A stretch of DNA of 53,081 nt, the filler included, from Catajapyx aquilonaris (lineage: Eukaryota), in assembly GCA_000934665.2 (NCBI GenBank). It is 2 parts of 2 records of this genome, joined end to end, with 100 filler letters (N's around TTAATTAATTAA, not from the genome) between each part and the next. Parts side by side here need not be neighbours in the genome. Positions count along the whole stretch, not along the records: positions 1 to 26,499 come from JYFJ02005194.1; positions 26,600 to 53,081 come from JYFJ02005195.1. One strand, 5' to 3'. The notes under the pieces are model-generated. The model was not told the DNA's origin and searched no databases. It worked only from the letters and a program-made list of their open reading frames with translations. The translations under genes were made by a program, and so were the position numbers. Below, piece by piece: positions 22,072-34,840 of the stretch (the first letter of the stretch is position 1; every line of letters starts with the position of its first letter).

Positions 22072-24263
22072 CTGAAACTGAAGTAAAAAATAATAATTAC
22101 ATTCAGATTACTATACGAATATTGTGTAATACACGAGCTGCTTTGTGTCTAATCCGCAGTGTCAAGTTTGGTTTCATGTGATATCCACTCAAGGCGAAGC
22201 CGTCACTTTGGGTTTGACTTGTGCGAGGAATAACAGTACTGATGATTCTTGAAAGATTCCTCAGTGACATTAATTACGTATATGTAGGTGCGTGTCTGTT
22301 GTTATATCCGGAAACTTTAATTAGACTATGACAATGACATTGAACGGATCTGGCACTTATTACCATGGAATTCCCGGTAGGTTATCTAATACCTTTAAAT
22401 TGACTGCTGTGCCATCAAATTCGATTATTTTCTAGGCAGATTCTCGGAAGAGAATTTATACTGTTGTACTGAACTCTCATTAATTCACTGCGATAGCTAT
22501 ACAAAGACCTACCCCAGGTGCGGCACAATAATTCAGACGCACTCGTAGGGTGATATCTATAGTTATATGCAGAGGTTTCGTTTTTCATTAGAAGTCTCGT
22601 TACCAAGATAATGAGTTTTAAACACAATAGTGTGAATATCGTGGCAGGTGTATGTATCACTCATTGCGACCCTGATACCTTTGTAATATTTAAGTAATGG
22701 TATTACGAAATAAAATTCTATCAGTTTAAAAGTTTCGAGGTTGTAGCCTCGACCTAGGTCGAGACTGCAATATAAGATGGTGTAATGCACATTGTGATTA
22801 ATGAGACATATCCATATCAGCAACGTGTAACTACTAACACATACCTGCGACATGAAATATGCAGGCTCTACGCCAACGCAACCTCTCAACATCTATTCTC
22901 GAAGCAACCAGAATAATAATTAAGAATTGCAATGCCCTTCAATACGTCAGGCAAGGGCAGGTTGCATGAACGCAAGGAGAAAATATCGAATTATATCTGG
23001 ATTCCTATACATAATCTGAGATTATTTCCCCTTTTAATTTGCTACCATACAACTGGCCATAAACTCTTTTCGGTGATGCTGCTGGAGGACCACCTATCAA
23101 GATGCTTTGTCCTAGTCACGATTACAGCATGCTCGATACAAAGTCTGCGTCAGACTTTGTCTTTATGGTAATGGTCGACTGTCTCGTGATCAAAGGGCAT
23201 TGCGATTTGAGAACTAGGGTCAATCGATGCAGCCTGGTCTTTGCTTTGTATACAATGTGTATAACGTTGCAACACGGCTGCAGGTGTAGGTGTCTGTAAT
23301 GAGCCGACCAGAACTGTAATTAGTGCCCCTTTTTTACGCACTGGTGCATTTAATATGTGGGGCATATAATTGTCCTTTAATATACAGTATATGATGTGGG
23401 GCAGGATAAAAATTGTCTGGCTGCATTGGTATGATAATGTCGCCCTTGACTGATGGTTCAGTTGAATGATTTAGGCCTCAGTGCGTAGAGATTACATCAG
23501 CTGTTTCCATAAAGACAAATTCATTGCATGGGAGATACACACGTGTCCTGATGAACCTGGATTAGAAGCGCTCGACATGTATAAACGGCTGGGGGTATAC
23601 TTAGTAAATCAGGGTGATTTTCAAGGTCTCATCAACTCACCAACGCATTATCATGGGGATGGGCAAACGAAATGTTCACTCGCTAATGCTTTTTGCGATG
23701 TAGACACGTTAAAAAGCTCTTGAAAGTCTTGGGAGAAAAATCAACAGTCAAGCAATTTCAGCGGCTTGAAACATTTAATGCCACTCTAAAACGCCCATAC
23801 TTTGTGTATAGGCCTATGCTGTTGGAGTTATTATTCCGAAACTCTTTGCTATTGAGGAAAAACCTGAAACGCAGATCCGATGAAGCTCGTACCTGGATGA
23901 ATCTGCTTCAAAATAGAAAATGATCGGTCATATCAAGAGCTGACCACATGCATTTCACTTGCCGTGGTTTCAATTTGAATACTGCGTAATTCATCAGTAA
24001 CCCAAAGTGACCTTCTCCTGGAGTCCTTGCCCGCTTATATCGAGACTTGCATATAGATGCACAGCTGTATACTATAGGTTGCTTATGAAATTAACCTGAT
24101 CAATTACAATCCTTCCAAAGTGGAAGCGACATCAAACACACCGAGGTATTGACTTGAAAAGCTGTGTGGTACAATACTCTCAAATTATTGTTTAATTAGT
24201 TAATCATATTGACACTTTGTCTTGATTTCTCTGGGAGCACCACGAAGGTCCACAAAGGCTAAC

Positions 24264-24264
<1 letters not shown>

Positions 24265-24330
<66 letters not shown>

Positions 24331-24630
24331 GTTTACCCCGTGATGACCCTTATGGGTGCTATAGGGGGGTGGCATACCACCATCAGTTTTCTGTATATAT
24401 TTTCTGCTTCATTCACCGGTGCAAGGAAACAGGGACAAAGGGAAAGGATAGGGATTTTTGGGGAGGGAACATGGGTGCAAGGTGCAATGTCGTAGCTATG
24501 GGTCATGTGCCAGACAAGGTCAGAGACCCTCCTGACGCAGGTGAAAGGAAAGATCCCCAGGCGGGGATCGAACCTGGGCCTTTCACTCAGCAAGCCGAGA
24601 CGTGACCATCTCGGCCATCTACACCTCCCC
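24265..24630 (-). mobile_element. tRNA-derived SINE copy 2 (short variant) with a (TAA)n tail
   Basis: Reverse complement of the SINE head. TSD CCACAAAGGCTAACT at 24250-24264 / 24631-24645. The (TAT)n microsatellite at ~24265-24329 is its tail. Confidence 0.92.
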
Positions 24631-25230
24631 CCACAAAGGCTAACTGTACAATGTTGATATGCGTGGGAGAGGTGTTTAAAATTATGTGCTGCTGGGATAT
24701 GCGTATTTTAAATAATTGCCCATGACCTAATTGAAGGGGTTTCACCTTGATCTTCGCCACACTGCACTGCACTGGAATTTTGTTTGGCGCTATATGAGTG
24801 TCGGTTCAATTACTGTCGGTTATTAAGCAGCAGGATGAGGCGCAAATTCATATCAGGAATCATCACGACCGACTGCACATTCACTAATGCCAAATCGTTA
24901 CATAGCCTGTTATTATACTCATTGACGCAAATGTCAGTCGCCGATATCATGACTTGCTTTTTCCAGTTATATTTTAATCCATCCTTAGCATTATTTTGCG
25001 AATAATAAAGAAAAATTGGGCGCCCTATTTTGAGCATGGAGTCTATGCAGCATGATTTCACTCTGATCAATATGTGAGAATAATTTTATATATAAGGTCA
25101 AACTCAAAGGCAGATGCAGCGAATGCATGGTGGAATGCATGGTTACAGACTATAGTTACATTTGTTAGTATGATGACATAATCTGGGATGAGTAAACAGG
25201 CATGTGATTAATTTCATAATCAGTGTTGAC

Positions 25231-25583
25231 GGGGAGGTGTGGTGGCCGTGATGGTAACGACACGGCTTGCTGAGTGAAAGGCCCCAGGTTCGATCCCCGC
25301 CTGGGGAACTTTCCTTTCACCTGCGTCGGGAGGGTCTCTGACCTGCACCAAGGAGGTGTCTGGCAACCTAACCTCCTGGGGAACAGCACATGGCCCAAAA
25401 GCCATAGGACAATGCACCTGCACAAGTGTCCCCTCCCCAACAATCCCTTTCCCTACCCTATATCCTAGTATTCCTTGCACGGAGACTGAAGTTAAAAAGA
25501 AAATAGAAAACTGTATGGTGGTCTGCCACCCCTCGAAAGGCCCATAGAGGGCCATCAAGGGGGTACGTAAAATATATATATGA
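25231..25583 (+). mobile_element. tRNA-derived SINE copy 3
   Basis: Same head and body as copy 1. 13-bp TSD AATCAGTGTTGAC at 25218-25230 / 25584-25596. Confidence 0.92.
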
Positions 25584-26499
25584 AATCAGTGTTGACACAG
25601 ATGCAGACTCACAGACTGAGCCGGGATGCAATACGAATTTATTGAAATGCCCAGGATATTGGGCGTGAAGTCAGTGTCTCTCACAGACTGGTGGAAATGG
25701 AAGTTCGAGAATATTATACTGGCAATTATGACTTATGAAAACAATAAATAATGGTGTCACCGGTCACATGCACCAAATCCACTTTACAGAACATTTACCT
25801 TTTAGAAGGGGTTATGTTGTACATCATTATTTAATTTTTTTATTATTATTTTACTCGTATAAAGAAGTATACCCTCCTGAGACCCGAGAAGAATTGAGTA
25901 ACGGAATGTCAGTTCCTATTGCATTTTCTGAACATTTTCCCAATAAGAAACGAGAAAAAAAATTATAATTCTAAAATATTGAAATTAATCATGACAGACA
26001 ACCAATGAGAACATTAGGACTCAATTGCTGCTACAAAAGCGGATAAATGTTGAAAAGTTAAATGCCACTCAATTGATCACTCACATAGTGCTCTATAACC
26101 TCAAACAATGTTTTTTTACATTCATTTGTGGAATTCATGGGAGCAAATCCTCTCAGAAGACAATTAAAGGTAAATATGAAATTATTTGAAAGGCCCCCAC
26201 ACCAGGCATGGCCCTTTTTCCTTCCCGTATGACCTCCGAATTTCAAGAAAATCGATGTATGGCACTTGTAAAGTGTCCCTTGTTAGTGGTATAGTCTACA
26301 TACATATACATTATACCAGTATCTGTACTTATTCGGAATTTATTGGACCGACCATGCCATTGAGGCCCAACAGCAAGCCCAACAGCCCAAACAGTATCTG
26401 TACTGTACAGTAGGGCGGCTCGAAAAACACTTTTTTTTTCGAAAGTTGTAGTTCGCTAGTGAAAAAAAGTTGTGTTGGGCGATCCTTTTAACAGGTAAA

Positions 26500-26599
26500 N
26501 NNNNNNNNNNNNNNNNNNNNNNNNNNNNNNNNNNNNNNNNNNNTTAATTAATTAANNNNNNNNNNNNNNNNNNNNNNNNNNNNNNNNNNNNNNNNNNNN
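26500..26599. other. Assembly gap with an artificial TTAATTAATTAA linker (26544-26555)
   Basis: Two 44-N runs flank a 12-mer that has stops in all six frames; total length is exactly 100. Confidence 0.93.
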
Positions 26600-26712
26600 C
26601 CTGTCCCTTTGCACTGGAGGAAATAAAAATTATACAAGAAAATTGATGGCGGTGTACCACCCCCCAACAGGGCCTATGTAGGCCTATCACGGGGTAAAAC
26701 AAATATAAAAAA
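26600..26712 (+). mobile_element. 3' fragment of the same SINE, cut by the gap
   Basis: CCACCCCCCAACAGGGCCTATGTAGGCCTATCACGGGGTAAAAC plus an A-rich tail matches the 3' ends of copies 1-3. Confidence 0.85.
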
Positions 26713-29700
26713 TGCAATCAAACTCCTATAGTAATACAAAGTCAAATGTAACTCCCATTCTGCTTGTTATACACAGCAGAGTTTGTAAACTTGTGCTATT
26801 TCCGCCTACTGGTCTACTATTCTTGTTCACCTGCTATACATAATGAATTCAGCCTTATACGTCACAACGGGCAACAATGGTTGTCTACTATTCTACTGCA
26901 TCAATAATGTAACTAACAATGAATTGATGTCAGTTCTATTTTAAGGTCGGGCTAGAATTGGCTGGTCTTCACATGCCTGAAGACACGTCACCTGAATTCC
27001 GTGCCTGTAAAACCCTGATAAACTATCAATACATTCAAAAGACACTCCTCAATCTCACGGTATACATTGTACCTGCCCATCCCAACCTGGAATCACCGCT
27101 GTCCATTTGGCCTGTCCACCATTAACATCACGAGCCCTTTTACATGATGTGCAATCACATGCAAGCCCCCAGTCAATCGGAAAGGGGGTCCAAAAGCTTG
27201 AAAATCAGTTGCGTATCGTGACTTTTACCCAAAAGGTAGATCCTATCGCTTTTTTGAGGGCTATGTAGTATAGGAAACTGGGGGAGCTACTATTCACCTG
27301 CACGACATATTTCGTAGGATGTCGATAACGGCAATCGATTCTAATTCGCAGATTTTACTGCTAAAGTCTCTCCCCATATATAATTTTTTTTTCGCGTTGT
27401 TCAAGATCCGGTGCAGGGAGCTTCGAGGCCCATTATTTGTGCAACACGAACCTCACAGAATTATTTTTTTTTGTGTGTGTAAAGGGTAATAGCGTGCGAC
27501 CATCGAGTTTGAATTACTAGAAGGAAGTTGGTCTAATAATTAACTGCAGGGACCTGCAGGGACCCTTCAGATTCATTTCTTGGTTGGACATTTTTGGTTT
27601 AAAAAATTATAATTGGGGCAGGATATGAACACTTATTGGCTAGAGGGTATTTTAGGTGTGCATGGAATTGGAGAAAAAAAAGTTCATTCAATGAGCTATT
27701 GATTTCACTCTCATCGTTATCGATTCGGGTGCAAAAATGTGCAGGGGGTGTATAATCCGGTTATGAGGTCTGATGGAAAATAAGAAAATTAGCGATCCAA
27801 AAAATTTGGCTCGAAATCGACCAATCCCGTCTATAATTCGAATATCATTTGGGAGTAAGCTTATATGCGGCTGTGGGAAGTATTTTTTTTTTGGTACTGA
27901 AATATTATTAGCACAAAAAATTTGCAAAATTGCACAGTGCATATATTATGGAGTCTTCTCCCACTTTTTGACTCACAGTCTATGGCAGCACATTGTATAG
28001 TGTTTCATTGCAGTAACAGCCATTTACATAATGCGTGCAAAAACCTTCATAATATCTTTTATGCAAACCCAGCAGGATTCCCTCGCAATTCAGTTAGCAA
28101 CAAAAAAAATGAGTAAAGCCCACACTGGGCCAGTTTTTGACCAAAAATATAGAGCCGAACAAAGCACTACCGAGATAATCACAGTTTTAAAAAAATTTAG
28201 CCTTACATCAAATCCCTGCTTGAAACTGAGGTGCTATAATATTTAGAGCGTGTTACTTTTGTTCCTTCTCGGTGCAGCTCCCTGGCGCCATTATTCAATT
28301 ACTGTAAGCATAAACAAGCCATTACGCTCTAATTAATCCAGTTTTTGCTTAGTAATGCAATAAATACTCATGCCACTGCAAATTTTCGTCCGCAAGGGCA
28401 TCATTCGTATCCGCCGAAGGGGCTTTCCCACGTCACATATGGAACAATCGCCCCCCTTTTTAACTGCAATAATTAATAACAGAAGTAGTAAACCTTTAAA
28501 AAATGCAAATGGTGCTATCACAGTATGGCGTGATAAAACACGTGTACGTGCATTTAGAAATCGATGTGCTTGTTGACCTCTCTAGTTCATCTGTAAATAT
28601 TTAGGTAGCGTCATCAGGGCTTTAAACGACTATCACTGTAGGGCGGATAGGGGAGACATTAGAGAGCCATTGGCATAGAACACCTTGAAATTATAAGCCG
28701 TAATACCAATAGCCGCACAGATAATCACTTAAAGGTAATGAACTTTTGAAAGGGAATCTTATCAGAGTGCCATTGGACGCATATCTACTGGTTGATAACG
28801 ACTTGCACGGGCTTTTAGTCCCAAAGGCTGCCACCTTTCCCAAGGCGATTTCGGCACAATAGGATCGCAGTAAAACACATAAATGTGGCAACCCTGATCA
28901 GGTGATGGCGGATATGTAATAACCCAAGAGCAAGCCAGTTCACACTTGGTGACCTGCTACACAACGTTAGGATCACTGTACCAGTACAGGTGCCATCATG
29001 TCAGGTCGGAATCTCTTTGTATTTTTCCAGTGTTTTATATCATGAGTGCGTGTGTTTGTGTGGTACTGGTACGTGCCGATGCATTTCATCAAATTGAGGG
29101 CACGGTAAAAATATGCTGGTGACCTTTAGTGCGGAGGTATCGCGTGTTCAAGTTTATGTTTGTACGGGGGACGTGGCAATGATAATGTAAGCTGATGTAC
29201 CGGTACGTATACAGTACATTTATAAATGATACCGAGTTTTCCCTTTCCCTTCATATGTGAGTCAAAGTGCGCATAAATATGTATGACGGCTGCTAGCACC
29301 TGCAGGAAGAAATCGCAAATATACCATACCCATCAACAAGCATGAGCTGCGAGTGCGCAACACGACTATTTCCACATGCATAGGCCTGTAGGCCGGTTTA
29401 ATGGCAACAGCCTTTGAGGCGGTCATTATACAGCGCTTGTAAATCCTGATCACGAGCAAATCCGACGTTGACTGGTGTGCATCGGGCAATGACCGAGAGA
29501 AATTCTATAGCATTTCTAACATGTCTCGAGCATACCAATGATTCGGAAAATAATAGGTTTCTAAAGAATTTCTATAAAACATTTACTTTTTTTTGTCACC
29601 CCACACGAAACTCCCTGGAAAATTCCATGGATATCCACTGGTTATTTGGATATCCCAATATCCAAATTGACTGATGAGATACCATGTAGTTTCAACGTTA

Positions 29701-31769
29701 ATGTGATGAGATAAAGTGTCGCTTGGCAGGTGACGTTAGGACCCTCATGCAGCATCGATTCCGTGCCGCCATTACAGGATGTTCCGGTAACACCCATTAT
29801 CGAAAATGTAAAAGCCTCTGCCTTAGATAACATCCGTAGGTACTACATCATCAGGTTTGCAACCATGACGTCAGCTTCCACACAATCAATCCTCTGGAAT
29901 ATTCAGCCTATTTGACGTCTGCAAATAGACTCTCACCACCAATTAAACTCGAAGCTGGTATAATATTTGAACACCAGCAAAACAGTAGTTTGTCCCACTC
30001 AAAATTGTGCCATCTCCACGTTACATCCGGGGACTACGCACCAGAGGAGTCCCCGGATGTAACGCACACCGCCACAAAAAGTAGGGCACACTTTGACGTC
30101 ACTCACTACCGAAACTATCCGATACCCCCCATACCCCCCTGGCGAATTCCCAGAGAGTGGTGTCCAGTGGTTATCTAGAAAGAGCTGGACATCCTCCAGC
30201 GCAAGTCCCGATAAATCCTACCTAACAACCAAAATAGAGCCTGCGGAGGGATACCACGGCACCGCCTACCGCTACTGTATTCCTAAGCTTGTAACTTTCC
30301 GTAAGACTCCGGCAGAAAACGAGCCGCATCCAGAAATACCGGCCACCGCACAGCATGAGACTCCACAGCAATTTCGGGAATTCTACTACAACTCTAATGT
30401 AGATTTATGATCGGTTTTTTTTTGAGGAGGGTTTTAGGTGCACCCGAGACTAAGTTCTCGTGCAATGGCAAGAATTTGGGTTAAATATGCTTCTCTGGAT
30501 TTATGGCATGTCGTGCAGGTATGGCAACTTTTCTACAAAAAAACAATGTTGCGAAATGTGCGACGTGGATCGCTTGTTCGCACATTGTCTGGTATGACGC
30601 TAGATCTATTTATGGTAATGGTAACACTGGTGAAATGTATCATGTGCCACACCTGCAGCGTGTTAAAATAGCATTTTTTAAAAATTTATTTTTAAAAGGT
30701 CATTTACACCTGGGCGTTGTGCAAGGTGGTGAAATACCCAAGTTCCCTTTCAACAGGAGGTGAGGAAATTGTTTAGAAGAATGTAAATTGTTTCTGTTAA
30801 ACTGGATGTTGAGAATAGATTCTTGTTAGAGCGAACTGTCAGTTACATAACGTATTAATCTATCCTTGAAATTGGGATTGGTCGTGTACCATGCTATATT
30901 CGATTGGAATATTCATTATGGTTTGACTTCCTCCCATGAAAAACTGAGGGTTCCAAAGTTAAACCACTCTGGCTTCCGGGATTAATCAAGATTCTTACGC
31001 CTTAAAAAAGTTCATAAACTTTTAAGCGACGCATTTGCATAAAATGTCCGTAATTAAATGCACCGCGGGATATAAATTGCAGTTTGTGAGTATATTGTAA
31101 GCCTCCATATTTTGCAGCCAAGTGGCTAATAAATCCGTGCATAAGCAGGGAGGATTGATCATATCAAATATATTGATTAGCAATTATCGACGCTGCTTTG
31201 GTTCAGGTAACTGCTATGCCCCCTCCAAAATAACAACAGCCATGCATCAGTTCAGATAAGGCAACAAATAACCAATTGTGTTTACAGCTACAATTGGCCC
31301 TCTAATCTACGCTAATGCAATTATAATATTCCCCATATGCCACTAGCGGCAAAATTACATGATAGGTATCTCCAACCAGTTCTTTTCAAGTGGTGTAATG
31401 GGCTTGCCATCATAACTCCACCACCCACAGTACCTGTAACTGCCGCAATCACAACACTTCTTTCGAAAGGAGATTACCTCTCCAGAAGATGAATCAATAT
31501 CCGGGAGTATCAGCCCACGTAAAAAAAAAAAATGTTTACGACTCCGAAGAAAAATCCAGGGAAAAAGAGCGCACACAATCAAACGGATCAGTCGTCTTAA
31601 GAGTCTTGAAGGAACCCACCTTGGTTGATGGTGATCAATACGTTGGCACCATCCTAGAATCGATATGGTGGGTGGAGGTTGAAAAAAAATGGGGGTTTGA
31701 AATATCCCTACTTTTCACGTCACAACCAATACCACTCATCTGTAATATTGTGAATGTTCCCATTTCTAG

Positions 31770-34700
31770 GAATTGATCTGAACGATCCTGAGGTCAACGC
31801 TGCCGCCTCCACGATCCAGGCGGCCTTCAGAGGCCACAAAGCTCGCAAGGACAAAATGAAGGCACAGGAGAACGACGCTGAGGAGTTGGACGTTGATCTC
31901 AGTGACCCAGGTAATTATTGAGTACCCTGTGGAATTGGAAGGGAGGATAGAGAGAAGGACCTACTGGATTGCCAGTTTATTTGGAGACTCTACAATGGAG
32001 TCGATTAACACTTGACATTTTGTCAGAGTGTCACTTATGGGACAATGACGTCGCACTGTGCTTATTTTTATGCATTGTAAATTAGAGGGCATCTGAAGTG
32101 TCAATAACCAACCACTTGTACATACATATGATTGTACTGTACTTACAACCCGATTTGCGATTGATTATAGAGTTTCTGTCACATGTACAGTACAGTGTTG
32201 GACTATATGCCCCATAGGATATTCACTGGGCGTAACATGTTCACTCGAGCCTTTTCTTGAACGACAGTGGTCCGTTGGAGTCACGGGATTATTGAGCCGT
32301 TCTCAGTTGGTGAACCTTAAAATCTATATAGACTAGGAATAATTAAACCAAAAGTCGTGAAACTCTTGATTTATGTTCAAGAAGCGTGATAATTTGGAAT
32401 TTTAAAGTAGCAAGGAGTGATTCTAAATTCCGACAGTTGTTTAATGCATTGAGGGAGTCGTCTGAGAGTGTAGGATAGGCCAAACTTTCACTCTGGGGAT
32501 GGCCAAGGTGAAGTTGAAGGAAAGGGAAGCTAGATTGAAACAACTTAATAGGACGTGGCCTAACTTTCTGCAAGTCGTGCTCGTGTAGACGTTTGAAGCT
32601 CGATTCGTGCTATTTCCAACAGTACAAGGTGAATCGGTATAGTTAAACTAAACATATTCGAATTTGCTGCAAAATTTCCTGCAGAAAATAAAACCAAATA
32701 TATGGAAATTTTGCGCCTGAATGTCAGGCCGTTTGGGTCGCATATGAACTATAGGATACAATGTAGTGATTCCCAAGAAAGTTTCAACTGGCAAAATGTT
32801 CGTGGCACACAGCCACTACCATCTTGCATCAAATTCCCCCAAAACCTTGAGATAGCTAATGATGCCCTATTTGGCAAAATGTCCGCGTTTTTCGCAGTTA
32901 CGATCAACAGCGGCCAACATCGCAGTTATTAATAACATTGCGCCATAAAACGAAATCTTGTTTCCTGCCAGGATTTCTGTAGTTAATAGTACCTAAATAT
33001 TAATCAACTAATGCGCGTGACTTACTCGCCCGCGGCAATGTCATTACCTAATGAGAGAAATCCACTTTGAATAATACACGTCGTGCAAACACCTGAAAAA
33101 AATGTTTTCAATCAATTTTGTTCCACCTCTCTAGACGCACTCCCTTCAATTACCTGTGTTAGCCGTAATTACGTATTTGAGCAACACGCGTCTATAATAA
33201 TTACACTCTGAAGTGTTGCGTAAAATCGCCTTTTTAATGTTCATCCTGAAAATGTCATGGACTAAAAATACCCATCCACTATAGCATGAGTGGAACACAC
33301 ATTTCTGACCCTAAAGGTTACGTCGATGCACGAGCATCAGTTAGGGATCCCCCTCCCAACAACCCCCCCCCCCCCCCCANTCCGGAAGTTGGAAACGCAT
33401 GTAAACCCATCCATGGCGTTTATAGGGTACGTCCCGTAAAATGTGAGGCTCTCTCCGAACGTGATCGGTATATTACTAATAATTCCGTGGCACATTCCGC
33501 ACACTGTACAGTGTACACTGCATGAAAATGACCGCGATTTTGCACCTATGACGTCGTTACTGTTCAGATTATCATGGACTGCCGCATTTCACACCCTGCA
33601 TTGTACCAAAATCAGATGACGCCATATTTGCATCGCAGTATTTGGACCTGACCTGGTAGTTGCTAACACTTTGCAACTTCGCCATGGAATTTGCAAAATG
33701 TCAACTCGAGCAGGGTGTATACTGTGTATGGGGAGGTCGGTGCTGGGGGTATAGCTTTAGATGAAAGAGTTGCATCCCCGTCACGCTCAAAGCTTGTTTC
33801 AAGGGGGGGCGTTTTGCACCAAAGTTGGCGCTCCCCAAGCCAATCTTCCTTTCCTTCCTTCCTTCCTACATTGCCTCCGTCGGCTCAATAATCCGTCGAC
33901 TATATTCTCGAGTACAGTATATTACTTTCATGGCCCCCCTAGGGCTACTATAAAAGGGGATTTTGGGAATGAGAAGGGCTGGCTCCCATAGTCTCTCTTA
34001 CCCCTTTTTGTAGACTTGGTCCACGCAGCCACCAAAATACAGGCTTCATTCCGAGGACACATGGTACGCAAGCAGAAGGAGACGAAGAAGGAGGACGAGG
34101 ACCTCAGTACAGAGCTTGAGAAGCTCGAAACTAAAGTACGTGAGGGGGGTTCATTTGGGTTTGTCACACTTTGTGGTGCATGTTAGACAGCGGCTTAACT
34201 GATGGAGACTGTAAAAGTGTAAATTCAGATTAACCCTGGAACCGTGCTGTGGGGTCTTTTTGGACCCCAAGGAATTAAAATGGATTAAAATGATGATTAC
34301 AATGAACTTTTGCCATTTTTTTTACAGTATATAACAGGAAGTGCATGTTTATTTTGAATTAGCGATCATTTTAGGCATAGTTCAAAGAATGATTGCATAT
34401 AGTCAATACATTGAAAAGTATTATCTAAACATAAATAAAAATTAAAATATGGATGGGGTCCGAAAAGACCCCACGGCACAGTTGCCGTAACTTCCAGGGT
34501 TAAGAACAGTTGCAAAAATGAATATTCTCTCTATCAGTTTGGCCATTCTAAATGTAATGTAATGTAATGAAGATCATTGCAGTATGGACATACCAGACCT
34601 GCAGCAACATGCAATTCTACTTAAACAGTGCACTTGGGCTGTGGCATAGCTCACAGGCCAAGTTGTGGTGTCGCACATGCATGAGAACTTACTGTATGTC

Positions 34701-34840
34701 CATGTACTCATTGCGGATATGCCATTTAGGACGAGCTGGCAGATATGGACCTGAGCGATCCGGACCTGCATAAGGCAGCCACGAAGATCCAAGCCTCGTT
34801 TCGAGGCCACATGACTCGCAAGCAGGTGGAAGGACCCTGA
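31770..34840 (+). CDS. igl: igloo/neuromodulin(GAP-43)-like calmodulin-binding protein with three IQ motifs; join(31770..31910,34014..34135,34730..34840); start exon unresolved (candidate ATG-TCA-G|gt at 28998-29004)
   Basis: Three repeats D(L/V)(N/S)DP-x4-AA(S/T)(T/K)IQA(A/S)FRGH: IQAAFRGHKARK, IQASFRGHMVRK and IQASFRGHMTRK. GT-AG introns are in phase and the stop is TGA at 34838-34840. The ORF track missed it because the exons are short. Confidence 0.85.
34234..34499. mobile_element. piggyBac-type MITE in an igloo-like gene intron
   Basis: TTAA on both sides, termini CCCTGGAA...TTCCAGGG, and subterminal palindromes TGGGGTCTTTTTGGACCCCA / TGGGGTCCGAAAAGACCCCA. Confidence 0.85.

Noticed and set aside
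23936..24005. Hammerhead-like core on - strand (CTGATGA...GAAACCAC...GTGGTC)
   Set aside because: Stem III and a GUC triplet fit, but stem II is weak (A-U then a U-U mismatch) and stem I is out of register; likely chance.
24222..24605. 127-aa ORF with a poly-Leu run resembling a signal peptide
   Set aside because: It is the (TTA)n tail and antisense body of SINE copy 2.
26058..26291. Kolobok-like MITE remnant (TTAAATGCCAC ... TGGCACTTGTAA)
   Set aside because: TIR match too short and degenerate to call.
29730..29835. Possible additional igloo exon (phase-1 donor at the end)
   Set aside because: Weak acceptor and no recognisable igloo similarity; cannot be supported without RNA data.
31355..31670. 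Exon-like segments on - strand antisense to igloo
   Set aside because: No consistent phase chain or recognisable protein motif.
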